A stretch of 64,000 nt of DNA from contig CALSLP010000002.1 of assembly GCA_943787225.1 (NCBI GenBank), positions 274,648 to 338,647 of the forward strand, in the 5' to 3' direction. Made by a program: the position numbers and the translations under genes. This document shows positions 10,603 to 21,074 of the stretch, piece after piece; position 1 is the stretch's first letter; each line of letters starts with the position of its first letter. The DNA is from an uncultured Alphaproteobacteria bacterium. GTDB taxonomy: Bacteria; Pseudomonadota; Alphaproteobacteria; MPNO01; UBA2964. The notes beneath the pieces were generated by a model. That model did no database searches. It was not told the origin of the DNA and was given only the letters and a program-made list of their open reading frames with translations.

Positions 10603-11490
10603 ATGACGACATCCGTCGGAATCCAGAAGATCGGCATTGTTGGTGCTGGTCAGATGGGCAACGGTATTGCCCAGGTCTGTGCCCAATGTGGCTATTCAGT
10701 AATCCTGGCCGATATCTCGGAAGACGTTCTTGAAAAAGCCACGAAAGGCATTCAGGGGCGGTTACAGCGGCTCGTCGAGAAAGAGCGGCTAACCCAGGCC
10801 GAGATGGATTCCGCCATCACCAACATCTCTACGACGACCGATTATGCAGGCTTTGGCGATTGCGATCTGGTAATTGAAGCCGCCACCGAAAACGAAGAGA
10901 TCAAGAAATCGATCTTTGAAAAATTGATCCCCGCTTTGCGCGAAGATGCGATCCTCGCCACCAACACGTCCTCTATTTCGATCACGCGCTTAGCCGCGGC
11001 GACCGATCGACCTGCACGCTTTATGGGCATGCATTTCATGAATCCCGTGCCCGTCATGGCGCTGGTTGAACTGATCAGAGGCATCGCCACTGATGACGAT
11101 ACCTATGCGGCCGTCAACGACGTTGTTACCAAGCTAGGCAAAACCTCGATCACGTCAGAAGATTTTCCGGCCTTTATCGTCAACCGCGTTCTGGTGCCGA
11201 TGCTCAACGAAGCTGTCTATGTGCTGCAGGAAGGTGTCGGCGGGGTTGCCGATATCGATGGCGCAATGAAGTTGGGTGCCCATCACCCGATGGGCCCGTT
11301 GGAGCTCGCTGACTTTATTGGGCTCGATACCTGCCTGTCGATCATGCAGGTTCTCTATGACGGAATGTCAGATAGCAAATACCGCCCCTGCCCGTTGCTG
11401 GTCAAATATGTTGAAGCGGGCTGGCTGGGTCGCAAATCAGGCCGCGGATTTTATGATTATGCCGGCGACAAGCCGGTGGCAACGCGCTGA
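10603..11490 (+). CDS. hbd: 3-hydroxybutyryl-CoA dehydrogenase
   Basis: IGIVGAGQMGNGIA Rossmann motif, NTSSISIT and HFMNPVP motifs; 295 aa. Confidence 0.9.
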   Translation: MTTSVGIQKIGIVGAGQMGNGIAQVCAQCGYSVILADISEDVLEKATKGIQGRLQRLVEKERLTQAEMDSAITNISTTTDYAGFGDCDLVIEAATENEEIKKSIFEKLIPALREDAILATNTSSISITRLAAATDRPARFMGMHFMNPVPVMALVELIRGIATDDDTYAAVNDVVTKLGKTSITSEDFPAFIVNRVLVPMLNEAVYVLQEGVGGVADIDGAMKLGAHHPMGPLELADFIGLDTCLSIMQVLYDGMSDSKYRPCPLLVKYVEAGWLGRKSGRGFYDYAGDKPVATR

Positions 11491-11492
11491 AA

Positions 11493-12092
11493 TTACTGCC
11501 CTAACTGTCGGTAATAATCGATCAGCGCCAATGCTTCAGGCGCATCCCATTCGGCAATTCCCTTAAGCTGACCCAGAACCTTCCCTTCCCGCGAGAGCAG
11601 CACCGATGTCGGGAGCCCGATGACTTTAAGCTTGCGACCGGTCGCCGATTTTCGATCTACATAGATCGGAAGTCCTTCCAACTTGTGTTTTTCCAGAAAA
11701 GGAGTGACCGCCGTCCATTCCCGAAAATCCTGCGAAACAGCGAGAACGGTAAAATCCTTACCGCCACGTTTTTTCTGCAATGTCGCGAGTGAGGGCATTT
11801 CCCGAATACAGGGCGCGCACCAGGTCGCCCAGAAATTGACCAGAACAAGCTTACCTCGAAACTGATCAAGCGGCAAAACGGTGCCGTCTTTTTTAAGCAC
11901 TTCCAGCTTCGGCGCTGGCCCCACCGGATCAGCCGGGGTAAAATTCTGCATCCAACCTGTTAAGGCTGGTGCCAGTGCCGCAGCCATAGCCCGGTTTTCG
12001 CTTGATTTCTGGGCAAAAACCCCCCACATGGCGGTGCCCGAGGTGCCAAGGATTGCAATAAGGGCGGTGGCAAGAAAGACGACTTTACGCAT
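11493..12092 (-). CDS. tlpA: TlpA-family thiol:disulfide oxidoreductase (membrane-anchored thioredoxin-like)
   Basis: N-terminal anchor [16 protein letters not shown] and WATWCAPC active site. Start at 12092 has AGAGGT upstream. Divergent from argH. Confidence 0.8.
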   Translation of the reverse strand: MRKVVFLATALIAILGTSGTAMWGVFAQKSSENRAMAAALAPALTGWMQNFTPADPVGPAPKLEVLKKDGTVLPLDQFRGKLVLVNFWATWCAPCIREMPSLATLQKKRGGKDFTVLAVSQDFREWTAVTPFLEKHKLEGLPIYVDRKSATGRKLKVIGLPTSVLLSREGKVLGQLKGIAEWDAPEALALIDYYRQLGQ

Positions 12093-12123
12093 TTTACCTC
12101 TTAGACCGAATTGAGACATAACG

Positions 12124-13581
12124 ATGAACGCGAAGAGTACACCGACATCCAGTACGCAGGCCGACCCTGCCACGGACGCCCCTGCGCGGGAAAGTCAAAA
12201 TGACTCTAACGCTATGTGGGGCGGCCGGTTTAGCCAGGCCCCAGATAGCTTGATGGAAGCCATCAATGTCTCCATTGGATTTGATAAGCGGCTCTATGCC
12301 CAAGATATTGTAGGCTCGATTGCCCATTGCAAGATGTTGGTTGATCAGAAAATTCTGGATGCAGACGCGGGTGACCAGATCATCAGCGGGCTCGGCAAAA
12401 TCCGCGAAGAAATCGAACAGGGGAAGTTTGAATTCAAGAATTCTCTGGAAGACATCCATCTCAATATCGAAGGCCGGCTGACCGAAATTATTGGCGCGGA
12501 TGCCGGACGGCTGCATACCGCACGGTCACGCAACGATCAGGTCGCGACAGACTTTAAGCTCTGGGTTCGCGATACGATTGACGCTGTCGATGACGCCCTG
12601 AAAGCGCTGCAATTTGCGCTGATCGAACAGGCTGAGAAGAATGCCGCAACTGTCATGCCGGGCTTTACACATTTACAGGCGGCACAACCAGTCACGACGG
12701 GCCATCATTTGTTGGCCTATGTCGAAATGCTCGGTCGGGATCGTGGCAGGTTCCGGGATGCACGGGCGCGTTTAAACGAAAGCCCGCTTGGGAGTGCGGC
12801 CCTGGCCGGAACCTCTTTCCCCATCAATCGGGAACAAACCGCTAAGGCTTTAGGGTTTGATCGGCCAACCGCCAATTCGCTCGACGCGGTATCGGACCGG
12901 GATTTTGCCCTCGAATTTTTGTCGGCAGCAGCGATTACCGCTTTACACCTGTCCCGGCTGGGCGAAGAAATTGTCATCTGGTGTTCGGCCCAGTTCTCCT
13001 TTGCCAAGCTCAGTGACGCCTTCACGACCGGCAGTTCGATCATGCCGCAAAAACGCAATCCCGACGCCGCCGAGCTCGTACGCGGCAAAAGCGGTAGGAT
13101 CATAGGCTCGCTGATCGGGCTCATTACAGTCATGAAGGGTCTGCCATTAGCCTATTCAAAAGACATGCAGGAAGACAAAGAACCGGTCTTCGATGCAGCG
13201 GAATCGCTCGGTGTTTGTATTGCTGCGATGACCGGTATGATCGGCGATATAGAATTTAACATTGATCGGTTACGGGTGGCTGCTGGTGAAGGATTTACGA
13301 CCGCAACAGATCTTGCCGACTGGCTGGTCAGAGTTCTTAACCTGCCGTTCAGGAATGCCCACCATATCACGGGCGAATTAGTGGGCATCGCCGAGAAATC
13401 AGGACGAAGCCTGGATGAACTAACGCTCGAAGAAATGCAGACGGTGGAAGGACAAATTACCGAAGATGTATTTTCGGTTCTGGGTGTGGCAGAATCCGTC
13501 GCCAGCCGGACGAGCTATGGCGGCACCGCACCGGATAATGTTATGGCGCAGGTGAAGAGCGCCCGTGAGAGGTTTTTGTAA
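12124..13581 (+). CDS. argH: argininosuccinate lyase
   Basis: [12 protein letters not shown] and [12 protein letters not shown] fumarate-lyase signature; 485 aa. Confidence 0.95.
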   Translation: MNAKSTPTSSTQADPATDAPARESQNDSNAMWGGRFSQAPDSLMEAINVSIGFDKRLYAQDIVGSIAHCKMLVDQKILDADAGDQIISGLGKIREEIEQGKFEFKNSLEDIHLNIEGRLTEIIGADAGRLHTARSRNDQVATDFKLWVRDTIDAVDDALKALQFALIEQAEKNAATVMPGFTHLQAAQPVTTGHHLLAYVEMLGRDRGRFRDARARLNESPLGSAALAGTSFPINREQTAKALGFDRPTANSLDAVSDRDFALEFLSAAAITALHLSRLGEEIVIWCSAQFSFAKLSDAFTTGSSIMPQKRNPDAAELVRGKSGRIIGSLIGLITVMKGLPLAYSKDMQEDKEPVFDAAESLGVCIAAMTGMIGDIEFNIDRLRVAAGEGFTTATDLADWLVRVLNLPFRNAHHITGELVGIAEKSGRSLDELTLEEMQTVEGQITEDVFSVLGVAESVASRTSYGGTAPDNVMAQVKSARERFL

Positions 13582-13712
13582 TGCGCATTTTAGCCCTAAT
13601 GATATTGGTTTTTGCCCTCTCTGCCCCGCTTTCTGCCTGCGGCAAAAAAGGTGATCTCGAACAACCTCCCGGCACAGAAAAGAGTGATTTTCCCAGGAAT
13701 TATCCACGATGA
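13581..13712 (+). CDS. small lipoprotein (43 aa; LptM/YifL-like position upstream of lysA)
   Basis: Not in the ORF track because it is <60 aa. [20 protein letters not shown]|GKKGDLEQPP... has a signal peptide plus LSAC lipobox. Its ATG overlaps the argH TAA (TAATG) and its TGA overlaps the lysA ATG (ATGA). Confidence 0.7.
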   Translation: MRILALMILVFALSAPLSACGKKGDLEQPPGTEKSDFPRNYPR

Positions 13713-14965
13713 ACCATTTTCAATATCGCGACGGCCGATTATTCGCCGAGGACGTCGCCATCGCCGAGATCGCGGCTGCCGTGGGAACACCGTTCTACTG
13801 TTATTCGACCGCAACACTGACTCGACACTATGAAGCAATGGCCAGCGCTTTGGCACGCGTTCAAGGCAGAATCTGCTATGCCGTCAAGGCGAATTCCAAT
13901 CAGGCGGTCATCCGGACGCTTGCCAATCTGGGCGCTGGCGCTGATGTCGTCAGCGAGGGAGAAGCCCGTCGGGCTATCGCAGCGGGCGTTCCGGCAAGTG
14001 ACATCGTCTTTTCTGGTGTTGGCAAAACGCGCGCCGAAATGCGGTTTGCGATCAATGCCGGGATCGGACAATTCAATGTTGAGTCGGTCGGTGAACTGGA
14101 TGTCCTCAACCAAGTCGCCATCGAGCTAAATCAAACAGCGACGGTTGTGTTTCGTGTCAATCCAGATGTTGATGCCCAGACTCATGAAAAGATTTCGACA
14201 GGTCGCAAAGAAGACAAGTTTGGTGTCGACATTGATCTCGCCCCTGAACTCTTTCAGCGCGCAACATCGATGACCGGTATCGACCCGGTTGGTCTTGCTG
14301 TTCATATCGGGTCTCAGCTCACAACGCTTGATCCATTCCGCGAGGCCTTCACACGGGTAGCTGGAATGGTCGAGACTCTGCGTGCCGCCGGACACATCGT
14401 TACCCGGCTCGATTTAGGGGGCGGCCTTGGCATTGTCTATGACGGTGAGGTACCGCCCGAGCCTGATGATTATGCGGCAGTGGTTGCCGAAACAGTCGGT
14501 GACCTCGGTGTCGAACTGACATTCGAACCTGGTCGTGTATTGGTTGGAAATGCCGGAATTCTTGTGACCTCCGTTATTCAGGTCAAGGAAACCGCGACCA
14601 AACGCTTCGTCGTTGTCGATGCGGCGATGAATGATTTTATTCGGCCAACACTCTATGACGCTGTCCATGCCGCCGCGCCAGTAAACGAAAACCCCGGCAG
14701 CGATACGCAAACTGCAGAAATCGTCGGCCCGGTTTGTGAAACCGGTGATATCCTGGCCAGCGATGTGCAATTGCCAGCGCTCACTGAAAACGATCTGCTC
14801 TATCTGAAATCAGCTGGCGCCTATGGTGCCGTCATGGCTTCGAGCTATAATTCGCGCCAGCTAATCCCCGAAATCATGGTTAATCACGCAGAATTTAGCA
14901 TAATTCGGCCTCGACCGAGTTTTGACGCGCTTTTGTCGCTTGACCATATGCCCAATTGGCTGTGA
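13709..14965 (+). CDS. lysA: diaminopimelate decarboxylase
   Basis: YAVKANSN PLP-lysine motif, GGGLGI and EPGR motifs; 418 aa. Confidence 0.95.
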   Translation: MNHFQYRDGRLFAEDVAIAEIAAAVGTPFYCYSTATLTRHYEAMASALARVQGRICYAVKANSNQAVIRTLANLGAGADVVSEGEARRAIAAGVPASDIVFSGVGKTRAEMRFAINAGIGQFNVESVGELDVLNQVAIELNQTATVVFRVNPDVDAQTHEKISTGRKEDKFGVDIDLAPELFQRATSMTGIDPVGLAVHIGSQLTTLDPFREAFTRVAGMVETLRAAGHIVTRLDLGGGLGIVYDGEVPPEPDDYAAVVAETVGDLGVELTFEPGRVLVGNAGILVTSVIQVKETATKRFVVVDAAMNDFIRPTLYDAVHAAAPVNENPGSDTQTAEIVGPVCETGDILASDVQLPALTENDLLYLKSAGAYGAVMASSYNSRQLIPEIMVNHAEFSIIRPRPSFDALLSLDHMPNWL

Positions 14966-15030
14966 AACTTCCCCGATAAGTCCTCTCACGATGCCACCTG
15001 AGGTCAGGTTGGATTAATGTTGGACGTCGT

Positions 15031-17511
15031 ATGAAACGAAACGATCTCAAAGAGTCTGGCGCCGGTCTCGGTGCAAAGCTCGCCTTAGCCCGTCTGGCAC
15101 TGGCTTGGGAACGGCTATGGCCAATCATCTGGCCACCTGTCGCCGTCGCAACGATATTTCTCTCCCTTGCCCTGCTTGATGTATTTCCCTCTCTAAATGG
15201 CTGGTTGCATGGGCTCTCCCTGATTGCTTTTGCCGGTGTGTTCAGCTTCCTGCTCTGGCAGGCGATCCGGCAATTCGCCTGGCCGGAAAATTTGGCAGCG
15301 CGGCGACGCATTGAGACCGCCAGCGGGTTAGATCATCGCCCCCTCACGGCCATTAACGACACCTTAGCCTCCGGCAAAGACACGCCGGCCAGTGCCGAGT
15401 TATGGCAGCAGCATCAACAACACATGGCGCTGGCCGTACAATCTCTCAAAGTCGGCATACCCGAACCGGGTCTTGCGCGGAAAGATCCTTTGGCTTTCCG
15501 GGCAGCGCTTGCGTTACTGCTGGTCATTGCCGTTACAGCAGGATGGTCCGACCCGGCGGACCGATTTACCCGTGCGGTTAACCCAACAATTGGCGACATT
15601 TCCAAACCAACCCGGCTCGCTCTCGATTTATGGATCACGCCCCCGGAATATACTGGCCAACCGCCTCTTTTCCCTTTGAGAACACCCACAACCAGCAATA
15701 CTGAAAACACGACAGCAAAAACACCCGGTCAATACATTATAAAAGTACCCGCAGGGAGTGTTTTAACAGCTCAAATTCAGGGAACCCGAAACACCCAAGC
15801 CACGCTCATTACGGCAGACAACAATACGCCTTTTGAAAAGGTCGATTCTGCCTATAGCAAAATTGTTCACAAGATCGGGGCCGATGGAGAGCATGTGGTC
15901 GCAACGGGTGACGACGAACTCGCCCGCTTGAATATCAAAATCATCCCAGACAATCCTCCAGAGATCACTTTTTCCGACCAGCCAGCAGCAACTCCGCAAG
16001 CCACGTTACGGCTTTCCTACAAAGCCAAAGATGATTACGGCGTAAAACAGGCTCATATCGAAATCAGGCGCGTTTATGAACAAGGCACTGTAACGGGCCT
16101 CGCCGTTCATAAAGCCGATCTTCCCCTGCCAGCGCTGAGCGCGAAGCAAGTCAACGAAACCACCTTTCTTGATTTGGCACCGCATAAATGGGCAGGGCTC
16201 CCGGTTGTCATCGATATGATTGCAGCCGACGGCCAAAAGCAAATTGGCCGAACGAAATCGATCAAGATGACGTTGCCCGAGCGCGTCTTCAATCATCCGG
16301 TTGCGCGCGCCATTATTGAGCAACGCCGTCGGTTGACAGAACAACCGGAATTACGCAACCGCGTCTTACGCGGGCTGGTGGGCATTGCCTCTGTTCCTGG
16401 CGCCTTCAATCATGACTCCGTCGTCTATCTCTCCCTTGCTTCAGCGCGCTCACGCCTGATCCATGACCCGGACGCGGCGACGATTGATCCTGTTGTGCAG
16501 CTGCTGTGGGATACCGCATTACGGATCGAAGATGGCCGACTATCGGTCGCCGAACGGGACCTTAGGCGCATCCAAAACGCTCTCATGAAAGCCTTGGCAG
16601 AAGGCGCAAGCGACAAAGAGCTGGATCGTCTGATGCAGGAGCTGCGACGGGCGATAGCCCGCTTTATGCAGGCTATGCGCGAGCAGATGCGTCGTAACCC
16701 CAATGCGCAAAAACCGGTAGAATTTGATCCCAATACCATGCGGATGTTCCGGACAGAGGATTTAAACCGGATGCTCAATCAGATACGCGATCTCATGCGG
16801 TCTGGGTCCCGTCAGGCAGCACGCGAACTCCTCGCGCGATTACAACAGATGCTGCAGGGCATGCGCTCCATGCAGGTGATGCGGCAACGTGGTGGACAAG
16901 GTGGACGACAGGCCGGGTCCTTACGCCAGCTACAGCGCCTCATTCAGCGGCAACAACAGCTGATGGAACGAACATTTCGCGGTTCGCGACCAGGGCAACG
17001 CCAGGGTCGAGCGCCAAGCGGCGCAGAACAGCAGGCGATCCGCGACGCCCTTCGAAAACTGCGGAGCATGATGCCAGGAGGAAAACCCGGTCAACAACCG
17101 GGCCAGGGTAAGGGCCCTGGGCAGGCGATGGATCAAGCCGACCGGGCAATGGGCAATGCCGCCCGTTCGCTTGAAGGCGGTCGTCCTGTCGATGCTGTTG
17201 GATCACAAGGTCAAGCGCTTGATGCGTTGCGACGGGCCGGACGCGGCATCATGCAACAGATGATGGACCGATTTGCCAAACAATCAGGGCAGCGCCAAAA
17301 CCGCGGCAACAAGTCCAACCAACCACGGCGAGATCCTTTGGGACGCGAAATAATGGGCGAAGACGTCGATACTGGTAACATCTCAATTCCTGACGCAAGC
17401 TCGATCCAGCGGGCGCGCGAAATTTTAGACGAGCTACGACGGCGATCAGGAGAAGGGTTTAGACCCAAGTTGGAGCTCGATTATATTGAGCGCCTCCTGC
17501 ATCGGTTTTAA
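15031..17511 (+). CDS. TIGR02302 / DUF4175-type membrane protein with a low-complexity C-terminal region (function unknown)
   Basis: 826 aa. Has N-terminal TM helices, a long central region, and a Q/R/G/M-rich tract (QQMLQGMRSMQVMRQRGGQGGRQ...GKPGQQPGQGKGPGQ). Position after lysA matches my recollection of this alphaproteobacterial family. Confidence 0.6.
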   Translation: MKRNDLKESGAGLGAKLALARLALAWERLWPIIWPPVAVATIFLSLALLDVFPSLNGWLHGLSLIAFAGVFSFLLWQAIRQFAWPENLAARRRIETASGLDHRPLTAINDTLASGKDTPASAELWQQHQQHMALAVQSLKVGIPEPGLARKDPLAFRAALALLLVIAVTAGWSDPADRFTRAVNPTIGDISKPTRLALDLWITPPEYTGQPPLFPLRTPTTSNTENTTAKTPGQYIIKVPAGSVLTAQIQGTRNTQATLITADNNTPFEKVDSAYSKIVHKIGADGEHVVATGDDELARLNIKIIPDNPPEITFSDQPAATPQATLRLSYKAKDDYGVKQAHIEIRRVYEQGTVTGLAVHKADLPLPALSAKQVNETTFLDLAPHKWAGLPVVIDMIAADGQKQIGRTKSIKMTLPERVFNHPVARAIIEQRRRLTEQPELRNRVLRGLVGIASVPGAFNHDSVVYLSLASARSRLIHDPDAATIDPVVQLLWDTALRIEDGRLSVAERDLRRIQNALMKALAEGASDKELDRLMQELRRAIARFMQAMREQMRRNPNAQKPVEFDPNTMRMFRTEDLNRMLNQIRDLMRSGSRQAARELLARLQQMLQGMRSMQVMRQRGGQGGRQAGSLRQLQRLIQRQQQLMERTFRGSRPGQRQGRAPSGAEQQAIRDALRKLRSMMPGGKPGQQPGQGKGPGQAMDQADRAMGNAARSLEGGRPVDAVGSQGQALDALRRAGRGIMQQMMDRFAKQSGQRQNRGNKSNQPRRDPLGREIMGEDVDTGNISIPDASSIQRAREILDELRRRSGEGFRPKLELDYIERLLHRF

Positions 17512-17535
17512 CCGCGCCAAAACCCCAATATTTGT

Positions 17536-17919
17536 TTAGTGAACGGTTTCGTCTGGAGCCGCTGTGTTCGTAATACGTCTTACCGTTTCGCGAATTTCCG
17601 TCAGCGTGAAAGGCTTTGAAATGACGTCATGGATCAGCGCATCCAGATTATGAGCACGCTGACGTTCCGCGGCATATCCTGTCATGAGCAGAACCGGTAG
17701 ATCGGGGTAATCCTTAGATGCTTTTAGAGCCAGCCCGATGCCATCGAGTTGCGGCATCACGATATCCGCCAGCATCATGTCATAAGGTTTTTTCTCGAGC
17801 GCTGTGAGGGCTTGTAGCCCGTCTCCGACAGCCGTCACCTCGTGACCGTCCTGGGTCAAAGCACGGCTGACAAATTCACGAACAGCCTTGTCATCTTCGG
17901 CAATTAGAATAGTCGCCAA
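17536..17919 (-). CDS. cpdR: single-domain response regulator, CpdR-like
   Basis: 127-aa REC domain (ILIAEDD, MLADIVMPQLDG, SKPF). TTG start with GGGGAG upstream. The symbol is assigned by resemblance only. Confidence 0.6.
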   Translation of the reverse strand: MATILIAEDDKAVREFVSRALTQDGHEVTAVGDGLQALTALEKKPYDMMLADIVMPQLDGIGLALKASKDYPDLPVLLMTGYAAERQRAHNLDALIHDVISKPFTLTEIRETVRRITNTAAPDETVH

Positions 17920-18043
17920 CGGTTCACTCCCCAGAACGAAATCGTGCGTGTTTTCGAGAGTTTATAGAGGGACATCGTTTAGAAATGGTTTACGAACTCC
18001 TCAAAAAATGGGTCCAATCAGGGTTTCCAAGGATTTTCTTGAT

Positions 18044-18590
18044 TCAATCATCCTGAACGATTCCGATATAGGGCAATCCGCGATATCTTTTAGCGAGGTC
18101 AAGTCCGTATCCCACGACGAATTCTGGATCGATCGAGAAACCGACATAATCGGCCTCGATATTCACTTTTCTCTGACTCGGTTTATCAAGCAGCAAACAG
18201 GTCTTCACAGAGGCGGCGTTTCGCGTGCGCATCGTTTCAACAGCAAAGGCGATCGTGCGGCCTGATTCCAGGATGTCGTCAACGAGCAAAACGTTGCGAC
18301 CAGCCACATCTTCGGAGAGATCATGCGTAAGCTTCACCTGTCCAGAACTCTCGGTTCCCATGCCGTAGCTCGACAGAGGTCACGAAATCGACCTGTGCTG
18401 ACGCGCCGTTCCGTTCCAACGCGCGGACTAAATCTGCGGCGAAGACGAAACTGCCTTTCAGGATGATCACGACAAGAATATCACCGGGCTCGTCCGCAAC
18501 AATCTCCTGAGCCAACGCATCGACACGTTCAGAAATGTGCTCCGCCGAAAATAACGTTTCGATTTTGTGGTCGCGATTGGAGGAAGACAT
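18044..18590 (-). pseudogene. hpt: hypoxanthine phosphoribosyltransferase, single frameshift
   Basis: The N-part (...ILKGSFVFAADLVRAL...QVDFVTSV) and C-part (GTESSGQVKLTHDL...VLLVDDILESGRT PRPP motif) are in different frames. They join at about 18368-18374, consistent with a 1-nt insertion. Confidence 0.85.
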
Positions 18591-18598
18591 CCGCTCAG

Positions 18599-19258
18599 CT
18601 ACCTCCTTTGATCAAACGTAACGACAAAGGTCACACTGCCCTCAGGCGGCGGCACCTCGGTTGCAAAACTTATTCGTTCCTTATTGAGGAGTTTGGGAAG
18701 CGGTGGTTTAAACCGCCACCTTTTCAGGACCTTGCCATTTTTATCACGAATAATACCAAGCATTCTCGGCACGACCGCAGCCTTGCCGGAAACATTCACG
18801 ATATCACCCTCAATTCGGACCACCCGTTTGCCACCCTTTTGAATGGCTTTGATACGCTGGTTTTGAATCGCAAGCCCCACACCCGGCGCCGGAATAAGGC
18901 CAAACATGTCAAAAACACCCGTCGATGCAGGCACGCGTTCCATGATCATGTCACGCTTAACGACAGCCGTAGATATAATACCCACCAGCGTAAGGATCAC
19001 GAGAGACCATAGAATTACTGGCGCTTTGCTTTTCTTTTCCCGCGGCAATGCCGGTAAATTTGTACCCGCCGGGCGGGATCTACGCCCGGTGTCCAGCCGT
19101 GATGGCGGCGGCAGCTCCTGAGGCGGCGGTAGATCATCTGGCTGTCGTTCGACCCAGCTATGACTACACCGGCTACACCGAACAGTGCGCCCGGACGCGC
19201 CAATCGCAGCCGCATCAACCCCATAGCGGGTCTCACATTCAGGACAGGTTATAATCAT
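18599..19258 (-). CDS. MJ0042-type zinc-ribbon protein with a membrane anchor and DUF3426-like C-terminus
   Basis: MIITCPECETRY...RCSRCSHSW zinc ribbon, a Pro-rich linker and one TM helix. Starts at the ATG at 19258. Confidence 0.7.
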   Translation of the reverse strand: MIITCPECETRYGVDAAAIGASGRTVRCSRCSHSWVERQPDDLPPPQELPPPSRLDTGRRSRPAGTNLPALPREKKSKAPVILWSLVILTLVGIISTAVVKRDMIMERVPASTGVFDMFGLIPAPGVGLAIQNQRIKAIQKGGKRVVRIEGDIVNVSGKAAVVPRMLGIIRDKNGKVLKRWRFKPPLPKLLNKERISFATEVPPPEGSVTFVVTFDQRR

Positions 19259-19449
19259 ATCGCCCGAATTTAGTGCCAAATTGTTGTGTGGCGAGCCAAA
19301 GCATTCGTCTCCCCGTACTATGTCGTTGTATACGGTTTCACATTAATAATGGCAAGCGAGGGCCATTAGATGGCTACATTGAGCCACGCGCTGGACGAGC
19401 CTGTAACCCCTGTGTCATTCTCCCCTGATGAATGACGTTGTGAGGAAAA

Positions 19450-20184
19450 ATGGTGCTTGGCGGCGGTGACGTCATCAGATTTCAAAACGTTGGCGTCCGC
19501 TACGGTTTGGGTCCAGAAATTCTGCACGATGTTTCTCTGCGTTTAGAGGAAGGGAGTTTCCATTTCCTGACCGGCGCGAGCGGTGCCGGAAAATCCTCTC
19601 TTTTGCGCCTAATGTATTTGGCGAACCAGCCATCGCGTGGCCTGATTTCATTATTCGGACATGACATCGCGACAACCCCAAGGCGTGACTTGCCAAGTTT
19701 ACGGCGTCAAGTCGGTGTGGTGTTCCAGGATTTTCGGCTAATCGATCATCTGACAGCAATGGAAAACGTCGCCCTGCCCCTGAGGGTCGCCGGTGCCAGT
19801 GAAGAACAGGTCCGCGAACATGTGCCTGAACTGCTGAACTGGGTCGGTCTATCGGATCAAATAGATGCCCGTCCTTCAACGCTTTCAGGCGGGCAGAAAC
19901 AGCGGGTCGCAATAGCCCGGGCTATCATCGCCCGACCAAAGCTGCTGCTGGCAGACGAACCCACCGGTAATGTGGACGATCACATTGCAATACGTCTGAT
20001 GCATCTTTTTGAAGAACTTAACAAAATAGGTACCACTGTCGTTGTCGCGACGCATAACAAAGCTCTTGTGACAGGATTTGCCCACCCGCGTCTTCATCTC
20101 GCCAATGGGGAACTATCTGTCCTGAAAGCCGGGGCGCCCTTTGCCGAAAATGAAGACGAAGCCGATGCGGAGGGTTTACGGTAA
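19450..20184 (+). CDS. ftsE: cell division ATP-binding protein FtsE
   Basis: Walker [18 protein letters not shown] signature and Walker [10 protein letters not shown]. Followed by ftsX. Confidence 0.9.
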   Translation: MVLGGGDVIRFQNVGVRYGLGPEILHDVSLRLEEGSFHFLTGASGAGKSSLLRLMYLANQPSRGLISLFGHDIATTPRRDLPSLRRQVGVVFQDFRLIDHLTAMENVALPLRVAGASEEQVREHVPELLNWVGLSDQIDARPSTLSGGQKQRVAIARAIIARPKLLLADEPTGNVDDHIAIRLMHLFEELNKIGTTVVVATHNKALVTGFAHPRLHLANGELSVLKAGAPFAENEDEADAEGLR

Positions 20185-21074
20185 TGCGGAGCGCGCCTGT
20201 CCTCCCGTTGACCCGCGATGCCTCCAGCCGGTTTTTACCATGGCTCATTGCCTTTATGGTTTGGCTTGCCGCCATGGCGCTCGCGGCCGTCCTGGTGCTT
20301 TCATCGTTTAGCAATCAGTGGCGCAATGACCTCACAGGAACATTGACCGTGCAGATTGCAACCGCCCCGGATGGGCAGTTGGCAACTACGGAGCGACGGC
20401 TAAACCGGGCATTAGATATTCTAAGAAAATCGCCGGGTGTTAAAACCGCAAAACCTGTCCCTTTAAAGAAAATTTCGGAGCTGCTTGCCCCCTGGCTCGG
20501 TCGTGACGTTGTTACCGAAACACTGGGCTTGCCAATTCCAAGATTGATCGATGTCAAAGTTCACCCTGAAGCCAACATCGATGTGGCCGCCCTGTGGGAA
20601 CGACTCAACAAAGAAGTCGATGGTACTCAGGTTGATGATCATGGCGCCTGGCTGGACAAACTGATCGCCCTGGCGGGCGCCGTCGAAGCCATCGCGCTGG
20701 CTGTTTTGGCTTTAATCAGTATTGCGGCAATAGCGACGGTCGTCTTTGCGACGCGAACCAGCCTCACCATCCATCGCGACGTGATTGAGCTTCTGCATGT
20801 CATTGGGGCCAAAGATGCCTATGTGGCGGACCAGTTTCATTGGCATGCCCTGAATCTTGGCCTCAAAGGTGGCCTCGCTGGCGTCTTCCTCGCCACAGCC
20901 ACCTTGCTGGGCTTGGGGTCAATGTGGACCGGCGTCGAATCCTCTCTGCTGCCACCCGTTTCATTGAATATTTGGCAATGGGCCTGTGTGTTCGCTGTCG
21001 CACTCGCCGCCGCCGGGATCAGCACGGTAACGGCCCGGGTCACGGTGCTCCGCGCCCTTGGACGCATGCCATGA
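20184..21074 (+). CDS. ftsX: cell division permease-like protein FtsX
   Basis: 296 aa with one N-terminal TM, a periplasmic domain and three C-terminal TMs. Coupled to ftsE by a 1-nt overlap. Confidence 0.85.
   Translation: MRSAPVLPLTRDASSRFLPWLIAFMVWLAAMALAAVLVLSSFSNQWRNDLTGTLTVQIATAPDGQLATTERRLNRALDILRKSPGVKTAKPVPLKKISELLAPWLGRDVVTETLGLPIPRLIDVKVHPEANIDVAALWERLNKEVDGTQVDDHGAWLDKLIALAGAVEAIALAVLALISIAAIATVVFATRTSLTIHRDVIELLHVIGAKDAYVADQFHWHALNLGLKGGLAGVFLATATLLGLGSMWTGVESSLLPPVSLNIWQWACVFAVALAAAGISTVTARVTVLRALGRMP

Noticed and set aside
19259-19449. Several 6-7 bp hairpins upstream of ftsE (for example GTCATTC-N9-GAATGAC at about 19415-19437) as a possible structured 5' UTR or small RNA.
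   Set aside because: The stems are short, there is no terminator, and such hairpins are expected by chance in a 190-nt GC-moderate region. No known RNA family was recognised.
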